64,000 nucleotides of DNA, from assembly GCA_025558095.1 (NCBI GenBank), contig JAIVFI010000001.1, positions 310,001 through 374,000 of the forward strand, in the 5' to 3' direction. A program made the position numbers and the translations under genes. The stretch is from Hyaloraphidium curvatum SAG 235-1. Taxonomy: Eukaryota; Fungi; Monoblepharomycota. The notes under the pieces are model-generated. The model saw nothing but the letters and a program-made list of their open reading frames with translations, was not told the origin of the DNA and made no database searches. Shown here piece by piece: positions 35,302 to 47,670 of the stretch (position 1 is its first letter; every line of letters begins with the position of its first letter).

Positions 35302-36017
35302 GGCAAGTTCTAGGGCAAGGACTGTGGAGGTGGAGGGGGATGAGGGGTCCCCCGGGTCCGGCAAATGGGCCGGGCTGCAGGCCGTCCTGCCGAGTCCGGA
35401 GACTCATGGAGGCCGGGATGGGATTGGCAAGAAGCGGACGGACGGTGTAGAAATGAGAGTGCTGTTGGATTCCCACCTCTGATCGGGGGTGTCGAAATGG
35501 AGCCAGAGGGCCGCGCCCGGTCCTCTGCCATCCCAGCGCACCAAGCGTTGCGTCTCGGCGCGACGTCATTGCCTGCAGCACCGCATTTCCTCGCCGCACG
35601 GGCACTGGGGGCGGCGCAAGGCCGGCGCGGAGTGGGGCGGGCGGGCCTCCTGGCGGGACATCTGGACCCGCAAACAAATCTGTAAACAAACGCAACACCG
35701 CCCGATAGGCGTGCTCCGCCGTTTCGCGGCGCCGGGAAGACGCAACGATGGCACCCGGCCGCGCTGCCGGGGTTCCGCCGGCGCAGGACGCGTCCGCGGC
35801 CCGGCCCGGCGCGTCGCTACGGCACCGGCGCCCCTGGACCGCGGCGGCGCAACGCCAGGGGCGCGCACGTGGGCGCCGCCGCGTGATCCGCACGCCGCGC
35901 AAAGGCATCCCGTCGGCCCGCCCATAAGTTCGTTTTCTGTCGGGTGTCGGCTGCTGCAATCCCGAAGCATTCCCGACACCCGACTTCGCAGTCTTCCCCC
36001 GAGGAACCGCAGCAGCC

Positions 36018-37986
36018 ATGGCCACGCTCGCCGATGTCCAGGCCTACTCCTGGATCCTGCCCGTCGCGGCCCCCATCTCGTTCATCCTTGCCTGGGGCAT
36101 GGGGGCCAACGAGCTGTCCTCCAAGTGGGTCTCCGGCGGGCCCGCACGCGATTCCTCTGACCGGCATGCGCCTCCCCGCACGCGATTCGCCTGTACGGCA
36201 CGCACCTTGGACGCCCACACACGCACGACTCGGCTCCCCCGCAAGCGCAGCTGGGGCAATGTGTTCGGCTCCCGCGTGCTCAAGCTGTACCAGATCGTGC
36301 TCATCGCCGCGGTCTTCGAGTTCATCGGCGCCATCGCCCTGGGCTCCGGCGTCGCCTCCACCATCCGCGGCTCCATCCTCTCGACCTCGAGCTACGCCAA
36401 CGACCCCGAGGTGCTCATGTTCGGCATGCTCTGCGTGCTCATCACCGCCTCGACCTGGATCTTCATCGCCAACACCTTCGGGTTCCCCATCTCGGACTCG
36501 CAGACCACCGGTGCGTGCCCGCCGCGCGCGTCCCGCCGTCCTCGAAGCTGACCCCTCGCCCTCGCAGTGCTGTCCCTCATTGGCGTCGGTCTCGCCACCA
36601 AGGGCTGGGGAGGCATTCGCTGGGACCCGGGCATGGTCAACATCGGCATTGCCTGGGCCGTGTCCCCCCCGGCTGCGGCCATCACCGGCTTCTGCCTCTT
36701 CTTCATCTTCAAGTTCCTCATCCTCAAGCACGACGACGCCGTCAAGCGGGCCAAGATGTTCTTCCCCGTCTTCGTGTTCCTCATCCTCGGCGTCAACTTC
36801 TTCTTCTTCCTCTTCGAGACCCCGCTCATCGAGGACAACCTCCAGCCCTGGATGAAGGCCGTAATCGCCATCAGCGCCGCCCTCTTCTTCACCCTCCTCG
36901 CGCAGTTCACCTACCTGCGCTGGATCTCCAAGAAGATCGACCAGGCCGAGGCCGAGATCGCCCAGATCAAGGCCGAGGAGGCCACCGCCGCCGCCGCCGC
37001 GCCGGCGGACGCCAACAAGCCCGAGATCACCGAGATCGCCGACAAGGAGGCCGCCGGCCCCGCCGACGTCGAGAAGGCCGCCGCCGTCGACGCCGAGAAG
37101 GCGCCCCTCGAGGACAAGTCCCCCGACGGCACCCTGGCGGCCAAGGAGGGAGAGGACGAGCTCAAGGACACCGACTCGGACATCGACGTGGCAGACGTCA
37201 TCGAGATCCGCAAGCTCGACGCCGTCGAGAAGGTCCTCGTCAAGAACCGCTTCACCAAGTTCCTGGTCGACGACGTCTACCACGAGGAGCAGCGCAAGGA
37301 CCGCCACCTCGCCGAGGTCCACCACGCCGCGGACCGCTACCCCGTCGGCGTCGAGCTCATGTTCACCCACCTGCTCATCATTACGGCCTGCTTCAAGTCG
37401 TTCGCCCACGGCGCCAGCGACGTCGCCAACGCGTGGGTTTCGCATGCGGACCCCGTGCACGCGGGCGGTTCTGACCTGCCTCGCTCCTCCCCAGCGCCGG
37501 GCCCCTCTCCGCCATCGTCAACATCCTCGAGGACGGCCGCATCGACCGCAGCAGCACCATTCCCTTCTGGACCATCGCCATGTGCGCCGCCGGTACGCAT
37601 TCACCCTTGCAGCCCCGCATGCAGCCCCTCTGACCCCCCACCCCGCAGGCATGTCGCTCGGCATCCTCACCTACGGCTACAAGCCCCTCACCATGCTCGG
37701 CGTCAGGCTCACCAAGATCTCCCCCGTGCGCGGCGTCTGCATCGACCTCGCCGCCGCGGCCGTCATCATCGCCGCGACCTACCTCCGCATCCCCATCTCG
37801 ACCACGCAGGTCACCGTCTGTGCCATCATGGGCGTCGGCCTGGCCACGGGCATCCGCGAAAAGATCCACTGGGTCAACTTCGGCATCATCGTGCTCGGCT
37901 GGGCCATCACCCTGGTGTTCACGGCCGTGGTGTCGTTCTGCCTGACGTCGTTCGGCGTGCGGTCGCCCTCGATCGTGACGCCGTAA
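36018..37986 (+). CDS. PiT (SLC20/Pho89-like) phosphate permease
   Basis: AWGMGANE, GFPISDSQT, SFAHGASDVAN, IPISTTQ motifs. Confidence 0.9.
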
Positions 37987-38207
37987 GGGCCGGGCTGGAC
38001 GTTCGAAAAAGGAGGGCGGGGCGGCGGGAGGGGGGAATTTGGGAGTACAGTTGGCTTTATTGGAGAGCGCGGGGACGGGCTTCTTCGGCAAGGAGATTTC
38101 TTTCATGGCTCTGTTAGAACTTGAGATCGATCACCAGTACAGTACCACCTTTTCTCGAACCCGAGCACGACCCCGAGCCCGTGCGTGCCTGCCCGTCCGC
38201 CGTCCGG

Positions 38208-41200
38208 TCACTCCCCCTCCGCAGCGACCATCGCCGCCTCCACCATTAAGCACCCCTCCCACCCCTCCCCCGCCGCCGCCGCCGCCCTCCTCGCCCCGTT
38301 CCTGCCCTCCCCCTCCAGCCCCCTCGCGTTGGCCAGCACCGCCCCTTCCCACGCGCGCACCTCCCCGTCCCCGACGCGCACCCCGCGCACGGCGATCGGC
38401 CATTTCGCGCCGAGCGACTCGGCCAGGGAGGAGAAGACGAGGTCCCACCATTCCCCGTCGGGGCAGGCGAGGGTGCGCGCGAGGAAGAGGGCGAAGGTGC
38501 GGTCGCCGAAGGAGGAGGAGAGGAAGGTGTCAAGGAGCTCGGAGAAGAGCGCGCGGCGGTACTTCAGCGGGGAGGCGTCGGTGAACGCGGGGGCCGAGAG
38601 CAAGGCATGGAGGGCCTCCGACACGGCGGGATCGCGGAACGCGGGTTCGCCCTCGTCGTCCGTGGCGAGGAATGAGCGGAGCACGCCGGCCCGCCTGACG
38701 TCGGGGTCAACGGCCGCCCACCGCACCGAGGTGGTCTCGAGCCGGAGCAGCATGCGCAAGGCCGAAGCCAACCCCGCGGGGTCGCGCGAAAGCAGGTGCG
38801 GAAGCGAAGCGGGCCAGCTCGGGGGCAGCGGCAGCGCGGCGGGGTCGAACGCCGGCACCTCGACCTCGCCGCCCGCCGGCGCATAGGGCAGGAACAGCGC
38901 CGCGCTCGCGCGGGCCAGGAGTGCAAACTCCGTGGGCAGGCACAGCGACGAGACCAGCAGCGCGTCGTCGGGCGACGCCGACAGCGACGCCAGGAGCCAC
39001 TTGTGCGGCCCGGCCCTCGCAAGCCTCCACGCAAGATCGGCAGGCGGGCTGTCCGACCCCGCCAGGGCATGCAGCCCCTCCAGCTCCTCCCTCGCCGCAC
39101 GCAACGCACCCTCCGCGGGCGGCACCCCGGCCCCCAGCCGCGAAAGCAGCTCCCCGTGCGACGCCAGCACCGCCGCCCTCCCCTCGGCCGTCCCATCCCC
39201 GCCCGCCGCCCGCTCGAACCCCGCCCGCACCGCCCCCGGCAGCCCCGGCCTCCTCCCCGCCGCCTCCCTCCCCCCGCCCCACGCATCCGCGCACGCAGCC
39301 AGGCACGCCGCCGCGCACGCCCCCGCCTGCTCCCCCGCGCCGGGAACCCCCTCCAGCGCCGCCGAAGCGAAGCCGACCGCGGCCTTGGCGCCCTCCTCCC
39401 CCGCCGCCGCCAGGCGGCACGCGAGCCTGAACGCCGCCGCGGCGCACCCCGCGCGGGAGACGAGGGGGGCGAGGAAGGCGCCGCTGCCGAGGAGGGAGGA
39501 GAGCTTGCCGCGCCACGCGGGGTCCATGTTCGCGCAGGCCTCGGAGAGGAGGAGGAGGGCCTGCGCAGCGGTGGCGGGGGGAAGGAGGGGTGCGGAGGAG
39601 AGGAGGGTGAGGAGGGCGTCGCATAGTTGGGGGGTGAGGTCGAGGGAGGGGAGGGCGGCGCGGAGGATGCGCAGGGCGGGGGCGGAGGCTGCGGGGTGTT
39701 GGAGCAGGGAGAGCAGGGAGGGCACGAGCTCCGCTGCAAACTGCGGCACGCGCCGGACGAGCACCGCCAGCGTGCGCATGGCATCCAAGTCTGGGTCGTG
39801 GGGGTCGAGGGCGCGGGAAAAGGCGCGGTGCAGGTGCGGGATGTTGGGGCGTTCCAAGAGGGCCGACAAAATGTCAGAGGGGTCGTCGGGGGGGAGGAAC
39901 GCCTCGGCGAGCCAGGTCCGAGCGTCGGCGGGCTCTTCGGCGGCAAAGCACGAGGCAAACAGCCGGGACTGCGCGGGGGAGGTGGGCACCCCGACGGCGT
40001 CGACCACGGGCATCGCGAGCACGAGCGCGTCCCATTCCTCCTCGCGGTCGTGCGGCACCGCCAGCGCCGATATGAGGGAGAGCGCTGTGGAAGAGACAGA
40101 GAGGTTGGCGCTGGCGGCCGCGAGGGCTGCCGACGCCGGGACGCCGGCGGCGGCGAGGGCCGCGCCGGAAGAGGGGGAGCGGAGGGCGATGGCGGCCAGC
40201 GTGCGGAGGGCCATCGAGCGCTGGCAAAGAAGAATGGTCCGTTGGTCAGGTGCTTCTGGTCCAAGTGCGGGTGCAGGCCTACCTGGGCGGGGAAAGAGCT
40301 GCGAGCGAGGTGCGCGAGGTCAGCCAAAGACAGCCCATCGCCTTCCTCGGCGTGGTGGTGCGGCCCGACGTGCACGTGCGCGGAAACAGGCTCGCGTGCC
40401 GCGGCAACCAGGGCGCCGGAAAGGTCGTAGCGGGTTCCGTCGGGGTGTTTCGGGCCCGAGGCACTGGAAGGCCGAGGCTCACGTGTCCGCTCCGGCCCGC
40501 CAGCGGGCGTCTCCGTCGAGTCCGTCTCGGCAAACCGGACCGACTTGCCGCCCTGTCCACCCTGTCCATCCTGCGGGCCGCCTGTGCCCCCATACCGGGC
40601 CTCGGCGCGCCGCCTCAGCGCCTCGAGCACCCGCGGGTCCAGCGCGCCGACCTCTGCCGCGGCCTCCTGCAGCTCCTCCCTCGACATCTCCGCGAGCCGC
40701 GCTAGGCTGTCGGCGTGCACCTCGTCCAGCGCGGGGGCCGAGGCGGCGGGCGGGCGGGCACGGAAGTAGCCCACGATATCGTCCGTGGGTGGAGGGGCGA
40801 CGGGGGAGGGAGCGGGTTGGCCGTGGGGCGGCCCCGCCGGCGTCCCGGCCGTCCCACCCCTCTTCTCGGCCATCCTCTGCTTGAACGACTTGACGGAGCG
40901 GTGCGCGGCCTGCGGGAAGCCCTTCTGCGCGGGCGCAGGCGGAGTCGGCCTGTGTGGCGGCCCCGCGCCCCCGCCGCGCTCGACCACGTCGCCGACGAGG
41001 CCCGCGCCGAGATCCACGACCTTTGGTTGCTCGTTTGGCGCGCCCCCGGTGTCCCGCTCCGCACGGTCCGCCGTCCGCACTTCCGCGGCGGTGCGGCCGC
41101 CCGACGCGAAAAACTCGCGCTGGAGAGCGGCGAGCTCCGCGTCGGACGCGTCGCCGTCGAACTCGTCGAAGGCATCGTCCGCCGCCCCGGGCAGCCCCGC

Positions 41201-41224
41201 CGGCCGCCGCGTGCCCGGGTGCAT
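38208..41224 (-). CDS. RBA50: RNA polymerase II-associated protein Rba50/RPAP1
   Basis: LVGDVVER, GFPQAAHRS, RLAEMSREEL, RYDLSG, HHH..., LARSSFPAQ|RSMALRTL. The 3' end is approximate. Confidence 0.82.
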
Positions 41225-41482
41225 CGTGTGCTCCTCCCCGTCCTTTGTTGACCAATGTTTGGGCCCGCCGTCACGGAAACGCCAGAGCTTCAAGTCGAAC
41301 TCGGGCGCGACCTTCCACCGGCCCGAAGCAGGAGATGATCGGGTCGGCAGGGTTTCCTCATCAGAGGGACTGCCGCGGTCGAACTGGAGAATTCGTAGGT
41401 ACGCGGAACACATATCTAGGAGAAACAGCTATCCTTTTCCAGTTCCCCAGTTATTCGTTGTGTGGCTTGTCCGCGGGTAACG

Positions 41483-42787
41483 CTAGTCATCCACGGTTAC
41501 TTTGCCAGAGCCCTTGCACCGTACGCAACCCCGCATTTCTGATGAGCAAAGTCCAGCAACGCACCAGATAGGAGCCGCCACGGGGGAAAGGAGGGTTAGC
41601 AGAGAAGCACCCACACAGTTGTAGGAGCATGCGTCGTTTACAAAGCACACAAAGGACTCGCATCCAGTGCTGTACTTTCCCTTGCCACCACAATCGGGGC
41701 ATGTTCGGTACTCGGCATCAGATGCAGCCTGCTGTCCCGGTGTCTCCCTTGTCCCGCTGCCGGGTGTTTGCATCTCGATGTTGGCCCTTTTGTCGTACGT
41801 TGATCCAGCACTCCGAAGCTCGGCTCCGAGCTCGCGGGGAAAGCTTTTCACTACGGTGGCAAAGTCCGGGCGCTGGTTGGGATCCTGTTTCCAGCAGTCT
41901 TGCACCAGCTTCCACAGCTTATCAGGCACGTTGCTGGGCCGATCGGGTCGCTGACCGTTCAGCACCCGGTGCTTGACCTACACCACGCATGTTCGGCGAC
42001 GACGAAACAGCGGCCGAGCAAAGAACGTCCACGACTGTTAGCGGGAGTCAAGTGCCATAAGGGATGATCACCCACCGCATCGTTGCTGCCCACGTCCATG
42101 AACGGGAACCCGCCTTCGCTGAGCACCTCGTAGCAGGTCATTGCGTACGCATACACGTCCGCCGGTTTCTGCAGCCCCGTCTCGAACAGCTCCGGTGCCA
42201 TCCATCGCACTGTGCCTACGCCTTGGCCGGCCTTGGTGGTGACGGCCGTCGTGCGGGCCCGCAGCTGGGCGAGACCAAAGTCGGCGATCTTGGGGATCCC
42301 GCGGTGAACGAGTACGTTGTACGATTTCAGGTCCCCGTGGAAGACGTTCTTGCCGTGCAGGAAGTTCATCCCCACCGCGACCCCGTAGAGGCACGTGATC
42401 CCGAGCGCCTGGTCCCAGTTCTTGGCGTCCAGGTAGTCGTTCAGGTTTCCGCCGTCGGCCAGCTGCGCAAGGAGCATGGGGGGCTCGTAGCAGTAACCGA
42501 GCAGCGGCATTACTGCGGTCGCGGGGGATCAGGCAGCTCTCGGCCGCACGCGCCACGTTCCACTCACTGTTCTCGTGGGCCGGCAGGCTCCGCCACACGG
42601 CAAGCTCCTTTTCGAACACGGCCTTGAGCTGGTTCGACAGTCGCGCGACGTGGAGCTTCTTGACTGCCACAGTGTCGGTGCCATTGTAGGTCCCGACGTA
42701 GACGACGCCGTAGCCGCCCTCGCCGATCTGCTTGCCTAGAGAGACTTGGGACTCCTTGAACAGGAAGAGGTCGGTGTCGGAAGGCAT
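41483..42787 (-). CDS. TKL-type protein kinase with CxxCxGxG-hydrophobic-CxxCxGxG tail (3 exons)
   Basis: IGEGGYG, VAVKK, HGDLKSYN, DFG, WMAPE; tail CPDCGGKG...CVRCKGSG. Confidence 0.88.
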
Positions 42788-43020
42788 TGTTGCTGTGCAG
42801 ACGGTGCACAACGAAGTCAGTCAAGAGCGGTGAGCGTTGAACGTGACTGACTTCTTTTTTTTCTGTGACTGACTGACTTTTTCATCCGGTCTCTGTGGCA
42901 ACTGGAAAGCGTTTCATCCATTTTATCAACCATCTTTCTGATCCGTAAACGAAAACGATAAGCAGCACAACGATGTAACAACTGATGCTGAACTCCGTTA
43001 CCGAACGGCTTCACGCAACC

Positions 43021-46000
43021 TTACGCGGCCGACAGCCGGACCAGCTCCCTGGCAATGTCGGCCATCACCGGCCGGTCCGCAGGCTCCTCCGCCCAGCACG
43101 ATTCGACGAGGGCCCAGACGCCGCTCGAAACGCCGCCGGGGCAAGCGGGCCGCTTCCCGCCGAAGATGGCCTTCATAACCTGATATCGTCCGTCAAGGAA
43201 CGTGCGAGACTACCGACAAGAAGCCGACTTACCGCCGCCGGGGAGGTCAAGTCCGAGTACGGGTCGTGCCCGCCCGACAGGACCTGGTAGCACATCATCC
43301 CGAACGTCCACACGTCCGCCTGCCTGCCCATCGGAGCGTGGTCGAAGAACTCGGGAGGTGCGAAGCGTACAGTAGCACCTTGCAGGCCTCGGTATTGGTA
43401 CTCCTTGTTCCCGTGGCTGTCCTCAATCCGGGTGCGGATCTTGGAGATGCCAAAGTCGGCGATTCTCCCCACAGGGTTGCCCGAGGCGTCAAGCGCGACG
43501 AGCACGTTGTCCGCCTTGAGATCCGAATGCACGATCCCGAGGGAGTGCAGGAGGGCGATCCCGGTCGCGGCGTGCGCCAGCATGCGGATAGAGAGGGGCT
43601 TCGGCCAGCCCTTTGCGGCAAGGAACGACTTGAGACTGCCGCCGTTGCACAGTTCCGTTACCAGGAAGGTGGGAGCGGTCCTGTATGCGAGCAAGTGGAC
43701 GACTGGAAAGCCCGGGTCAGCGGGAGCGTGCCGATCTCTGGCGTCCACCAACGATTGTCGTGCCGTGGGACGTCGATCCACATCTTGAGCTCGGCTTCGA
43801 ACATGGCTTTGGCGTCCTGCTCATCGAGCGACGCGTGCAGCAGCTTTACGGCGACGTCTGCCCCGCGGAAACGGCCGCGGAAGACCTCGCCGAAGCCGCC
43901 CCTGCCCAGCAGCCGGTCCCTGAATATCTGCACGTCGCCTTCTTCTGCCCACACTGCTTTCATCGGAGCCGCAGGCTGATCGATGGCCCGCTTGAATGCC
44001 ATCGCGACAGAGGCCATGGTCGGGCGGCCATTGGGGTCCTCGGCCCAGCACGAGAGAACCACGTTCCACACGGCATCCGGGACGCCTGCAGGGCGCGAAG
44101 GGCGCTCGCCCTTGAAGATCGCCTTCATGATCTGTGTCCATCTGCGTTAGACTGACCCGCGGCGAAAGTGGACACAATTACCGCGGAGGCCGAGCTGAGC
44201 TGATCGTAAGGATCCTTGCCCCGGGAGAGGACCTGGTAGCACATCATCCCGAACGTCCACACGTCGGACGGCTTGCGGAGCGGCTCGTCGTCAAAGAACT
44301 CGGGGGGAGCGTACCGGACCGTCGCGCCGGCGAGCCCGTGGTACTGGTAAGCCTTGCCACCCCTGCTGTCCTCGATCCGCGTCCGGACCTTGGCCAGGCC
44401 AAAGTCGGCGATCTTGGCCACAGGCCTCGACCCGCCGTCTTCGACGAGGACGTTCTCGGCCTTGAGGTCGGAATGGATCACGCCCTTGGAATGGAGAAAT
44501 GTCACCCCGACCGCGGCTTCGGCGAGGAGGTGCAGCGCGAGGGCGGGTTCCCAGTTCCTGCCGGCCAGGAAGCTCTTCATACTGCCCCCGTGGTAAAGCT
44601 TGGTGATCAGGAGCGTCGGTGCCGTGCGGTACCCGAGGAGCGGGACGACTGCGGGAAGACCGATCAGCGAGGGGAACGGAGATGAGTGGCTTTCCCACCA
44701 TTCTCGTGGGCGGGCAGGTCCGCCCACACCTTGACCTCTGCTTCAAGGAGCGCATTCGCCTCGTCCGTGCTGTACGAGTCCAGGGCCACCTTGACGGCCA
44801 CGTCCGTGAGCCCGAGGTACTTTCCGCGGTACACGGCGCCGAAGCCGCCTTTTCCAAGGCATGCCGAGCGTTCGTATGCCACGTCGGCCTCGTCCACCCA
44901 ATAGGACGTCTTCGAGCGGGCAGGGGCGGGCTTGGCATCGCCGCCGCCGCCGACGATCGTGACGTCGGATGCGGAGGACTGCGCCCGCGACCTCGGCCTC
45001 CCCGGAACCGCCGGCGCGAGCTTGCCCGGCTGCGCCATGTCGAGGTCCTTGAAGAGCTGCTCGGCAGTCTGCCACGCGGCGCGCCTCGACCTCGCGGCCT
45101 CGATCGCGCGCACGATGTCGTGGTGGCCCTGGCTCCGGGCGATGTCGATCCCCGTCTGGCCGTCCGAAAGCACCGTATCGAAGTCAACCCGCCGATTATC
45201 CAGGAGCACCTGCGCCACCGCGAGATGCCCGTTCGAGCATGCGAAGTGGAATGCCGTGTAGGCGCCCTTGATCTTTGCGTTGACGTCCACCTTCGGGTCC
45301 GCGACGAGGAGCCCGACCACCGCAGAGTGCCCCACGGCGCAGGCGATGTGCAGAGCGGTGAGTTCCCTGGGGTTCTTCGCGTTGCGGTCCACCCGCGGAT
45401 CGGCAAGGAGAAGCCTCACCACCCCTTCGTGGCCCTTGCGGCAAGCATGGTGGAGGCCCGTCCAGCCATCGTCGTCCTTTGCATTCACGTCCAATCCGGC
45501 CTGCCGCGTGAGCAGGCCTTCGACAGCTCCGGCGTCGCCCTCGCGGCACGAATAGAAGAACAACGCGACGAGGACGTCGGCCGGAACGGCGGCATCCGCG
45601 GCGGGGGTTTGGGTTGCGGCGGCCGGGTAGTCCAGCTGCTTGCCCCCGACAGCGGTAAGCGCCTGCACCCAGAGCTCGCGCTTCTCCATCCATCCCTCCA
45701 CTTGGCACCGGCTGCGGATGTGCTGCTCGACGGCCAGCAGGCACGTGGCCGCGCGGCCGAGGTCGAATGGCGAGGCGGCCAGCTCTCTCTTCCAGTGCTC
45801 GCGGCGGCCACCAGAAAGCCAAGAATCCTGCTGGGCTTCGCTCTTGATGGCGCGCTCGTAGGTGCGGAGGACGTCTCGGAATCCCTCCAGGTTCGAAGGC
45901 TTGTTGAGCGAGACGTCGCCCAGGTGCTTCGACTGCAGGTTGTCGTGCATGACGCGCAGCGCCTTCCACACGATGGCGAGATCGTCGTCGGAACCCGCCG

Positions 46001-47075
46001 CGGCGGACCCCTGCGCCCCGCGATCCGGGTAATCCAGCTCCTTTCCCCCGGCGCGCATGAGCGCGAGTACCCATGGCTTGCGCTTCTCCATCCATCCTTC
46101 GAGTTGGCACGAGCTGCGGATGTGTTGCTCGACGGCGAGCAGGCAGCTGGCCGCGTGCTCGAGGCTGGACGACGGGCCGCGCATCTCCTTCTCCCAAGTG
46201 TCGCGGCGGCCGCCCGACAACCAGGTCCCGTTCTGGGCTCCGCCCTTGATAGTGCGCTCGTACCTGAAGAGCACGTTGTAGAATCCTTCCAGGTCCTTCG
46301 GCCTGGTCGGCGGCAGCTCGCCCTGGTACTTGGATTCCAGGCTGTCGTGCAGCACCCCCAGGCTCGTCCAGAGGAGCTCGAGGCCGTCCGCCTCCTCCAC
46401 CTCGGGATCCGCGCACACGACAAGGTCGTAGCAGCCCTCAGCGCCCCAGCGGTAGTTGTTTTCCTGCCCGTAGTCCCAACGCACGGATACGACGCCGCTG
46501 CCCTGCTTCGCCTCAGTCACCTTGCCCGCACGCCCTCCGTCTTGATCGCCCCACTTCCAGTCCTTGCCGCGGCGCACGCGCAGGCCGACCATCTGCTCGC
46601 ATGACGGACGGGCCGCTGTCACGATCAGGTCCCAGCGGCCTTGGGCGCCCCAGCGGTAGATGTTCGACCGGCCGGCGTCCCAGCGCACGGCGACCCAGCC
46701 CGGGTCCTTGTCCAGCGCAACCACGCATCCCTCCTTGCCCGCGCCGCCGTCCTGCTCGCCCCACTTCCAGTCGCGCCCGCGGCGCACGCGCACGCCGACC
46801 ATCTTGTCCCACGGCGTGTCCCCCGCGGGTGCGCCTGCCGCGGCCGGCACGGGCTCGAGGTCGAAGCAGCCGCCGGCGCCCCAGCGGTACGCCCCGGACC
46901 CGCCGGCGTCCCACTTGACCGACAGCCACCCGTCGGTGCCGTGCACCGCCGCCACGGTGCCCTCCCGCCCCGCGCCGCCGTCCTCATCGCCCCGCTGCCA
47001 GTCGCCCCCGCGCCGCACGCGCCGGCCGACCATCGCCGCGCGCGGAGGCTTCGGAGAGAGGGGCGGCGGCGGCAT
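43021..47075 (-). CDS. 3x MIB/HERC2 + 2x Trp-rich helical repeat + ankyrin repeats + two tandem TKL kinase domains (5 exons)
   Basis: VGxRVRRGxDWxWGxQDGG...YRWGAxGxxDL three times; GWTGLHHAC/TALHIAC/TAFHFAC ankyrins; two kinase domains joined in one exon (44128-43770). All four GT-AG introns keep frame. Confidence 0.88.
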
Positions 47076-47194
47076 CGCGGGGCAAGTTCAGGGGGATGAA
47101 CGGGGGGCGGGTGGCTGACTGACTGACTGCCTGACCGAACGGGTCGCACCCGTCCCCCACGAGCACTCAAGTGTTCGCTGATACGCCCGGACGC

Positions 47195-47522
47195 CTGCCT
47201 CGTCGATCTTCTTGGACATCCAGCGCAGGTAGGTGAACTGCGCGATGACGGTGGCGATAAGGGCGCGCCGATGGCGATGACGGCCTTCATTCAGGGCTGG
47301 AGGTTGTCCTCAATGAGCGAAATCTCGAAGAGGAAGTAGAAGAAGTTGACGCCGAGGATGAAACAAGAAGAGGGGAAGAACATCTTGGCCAGCTTGACGG
47401 CGTTGTCGTGCTTGAGGATGAGGAACTTGAAGATCAAGAAGAGGCAGAAGCCGGTGAGACGGTCCCAAAGGATGCCTCCCCAGCCCTCGGTCCCTGGCCG
47501 ACGCCGATGAGCGACAACACCG
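47195..47522 (-). pseudogene. Inverted degenerate fragment of the PiT permease gene (about 36570-36950)
   Basis: TGFCLFLIFKFLILKHDNAVKLAKMFFP...IEDNLQP*; TGG changed to TGA, plus deletions. Confidence 0.88.
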
Positions 47523-47670
47523 GGATTGTCCTCGGTTGATTGGTCGTTGGGACTTGCGTCACGGAAACGGCAACAAGCTTGATCCGGAGCCACGTCATCG
47601 TTTTCCAAGGACCTCTGAAGCACAGCAAACCGTGCCAACTCATTTCATCGTCGTCGTCGCATCACTTGCG

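Noticed and set aside
35295-35320. Short direct repeat gttctagggcaa x2 at a stop codon
   Set aside because: A 12-bp slippage duplication with no sign of an associated element.
35817-40884. Long ORFs antisense to the PiT and RBA50 genes (547 aa, 650 aa)
   Set aside because: Low-complexity mirror frames expected at this GC content.
44619-46604. 661-aa plus-strand ORF
   Set aside because: Antisense to the ankyrin/kinase gene; no independent features.
41483-47075. Single triple-kinase gene
   Set aside because: The second kinase ends in TAA at 43021 and is followed by an AT-rich intergenic stretch and a new ATG at 42787.
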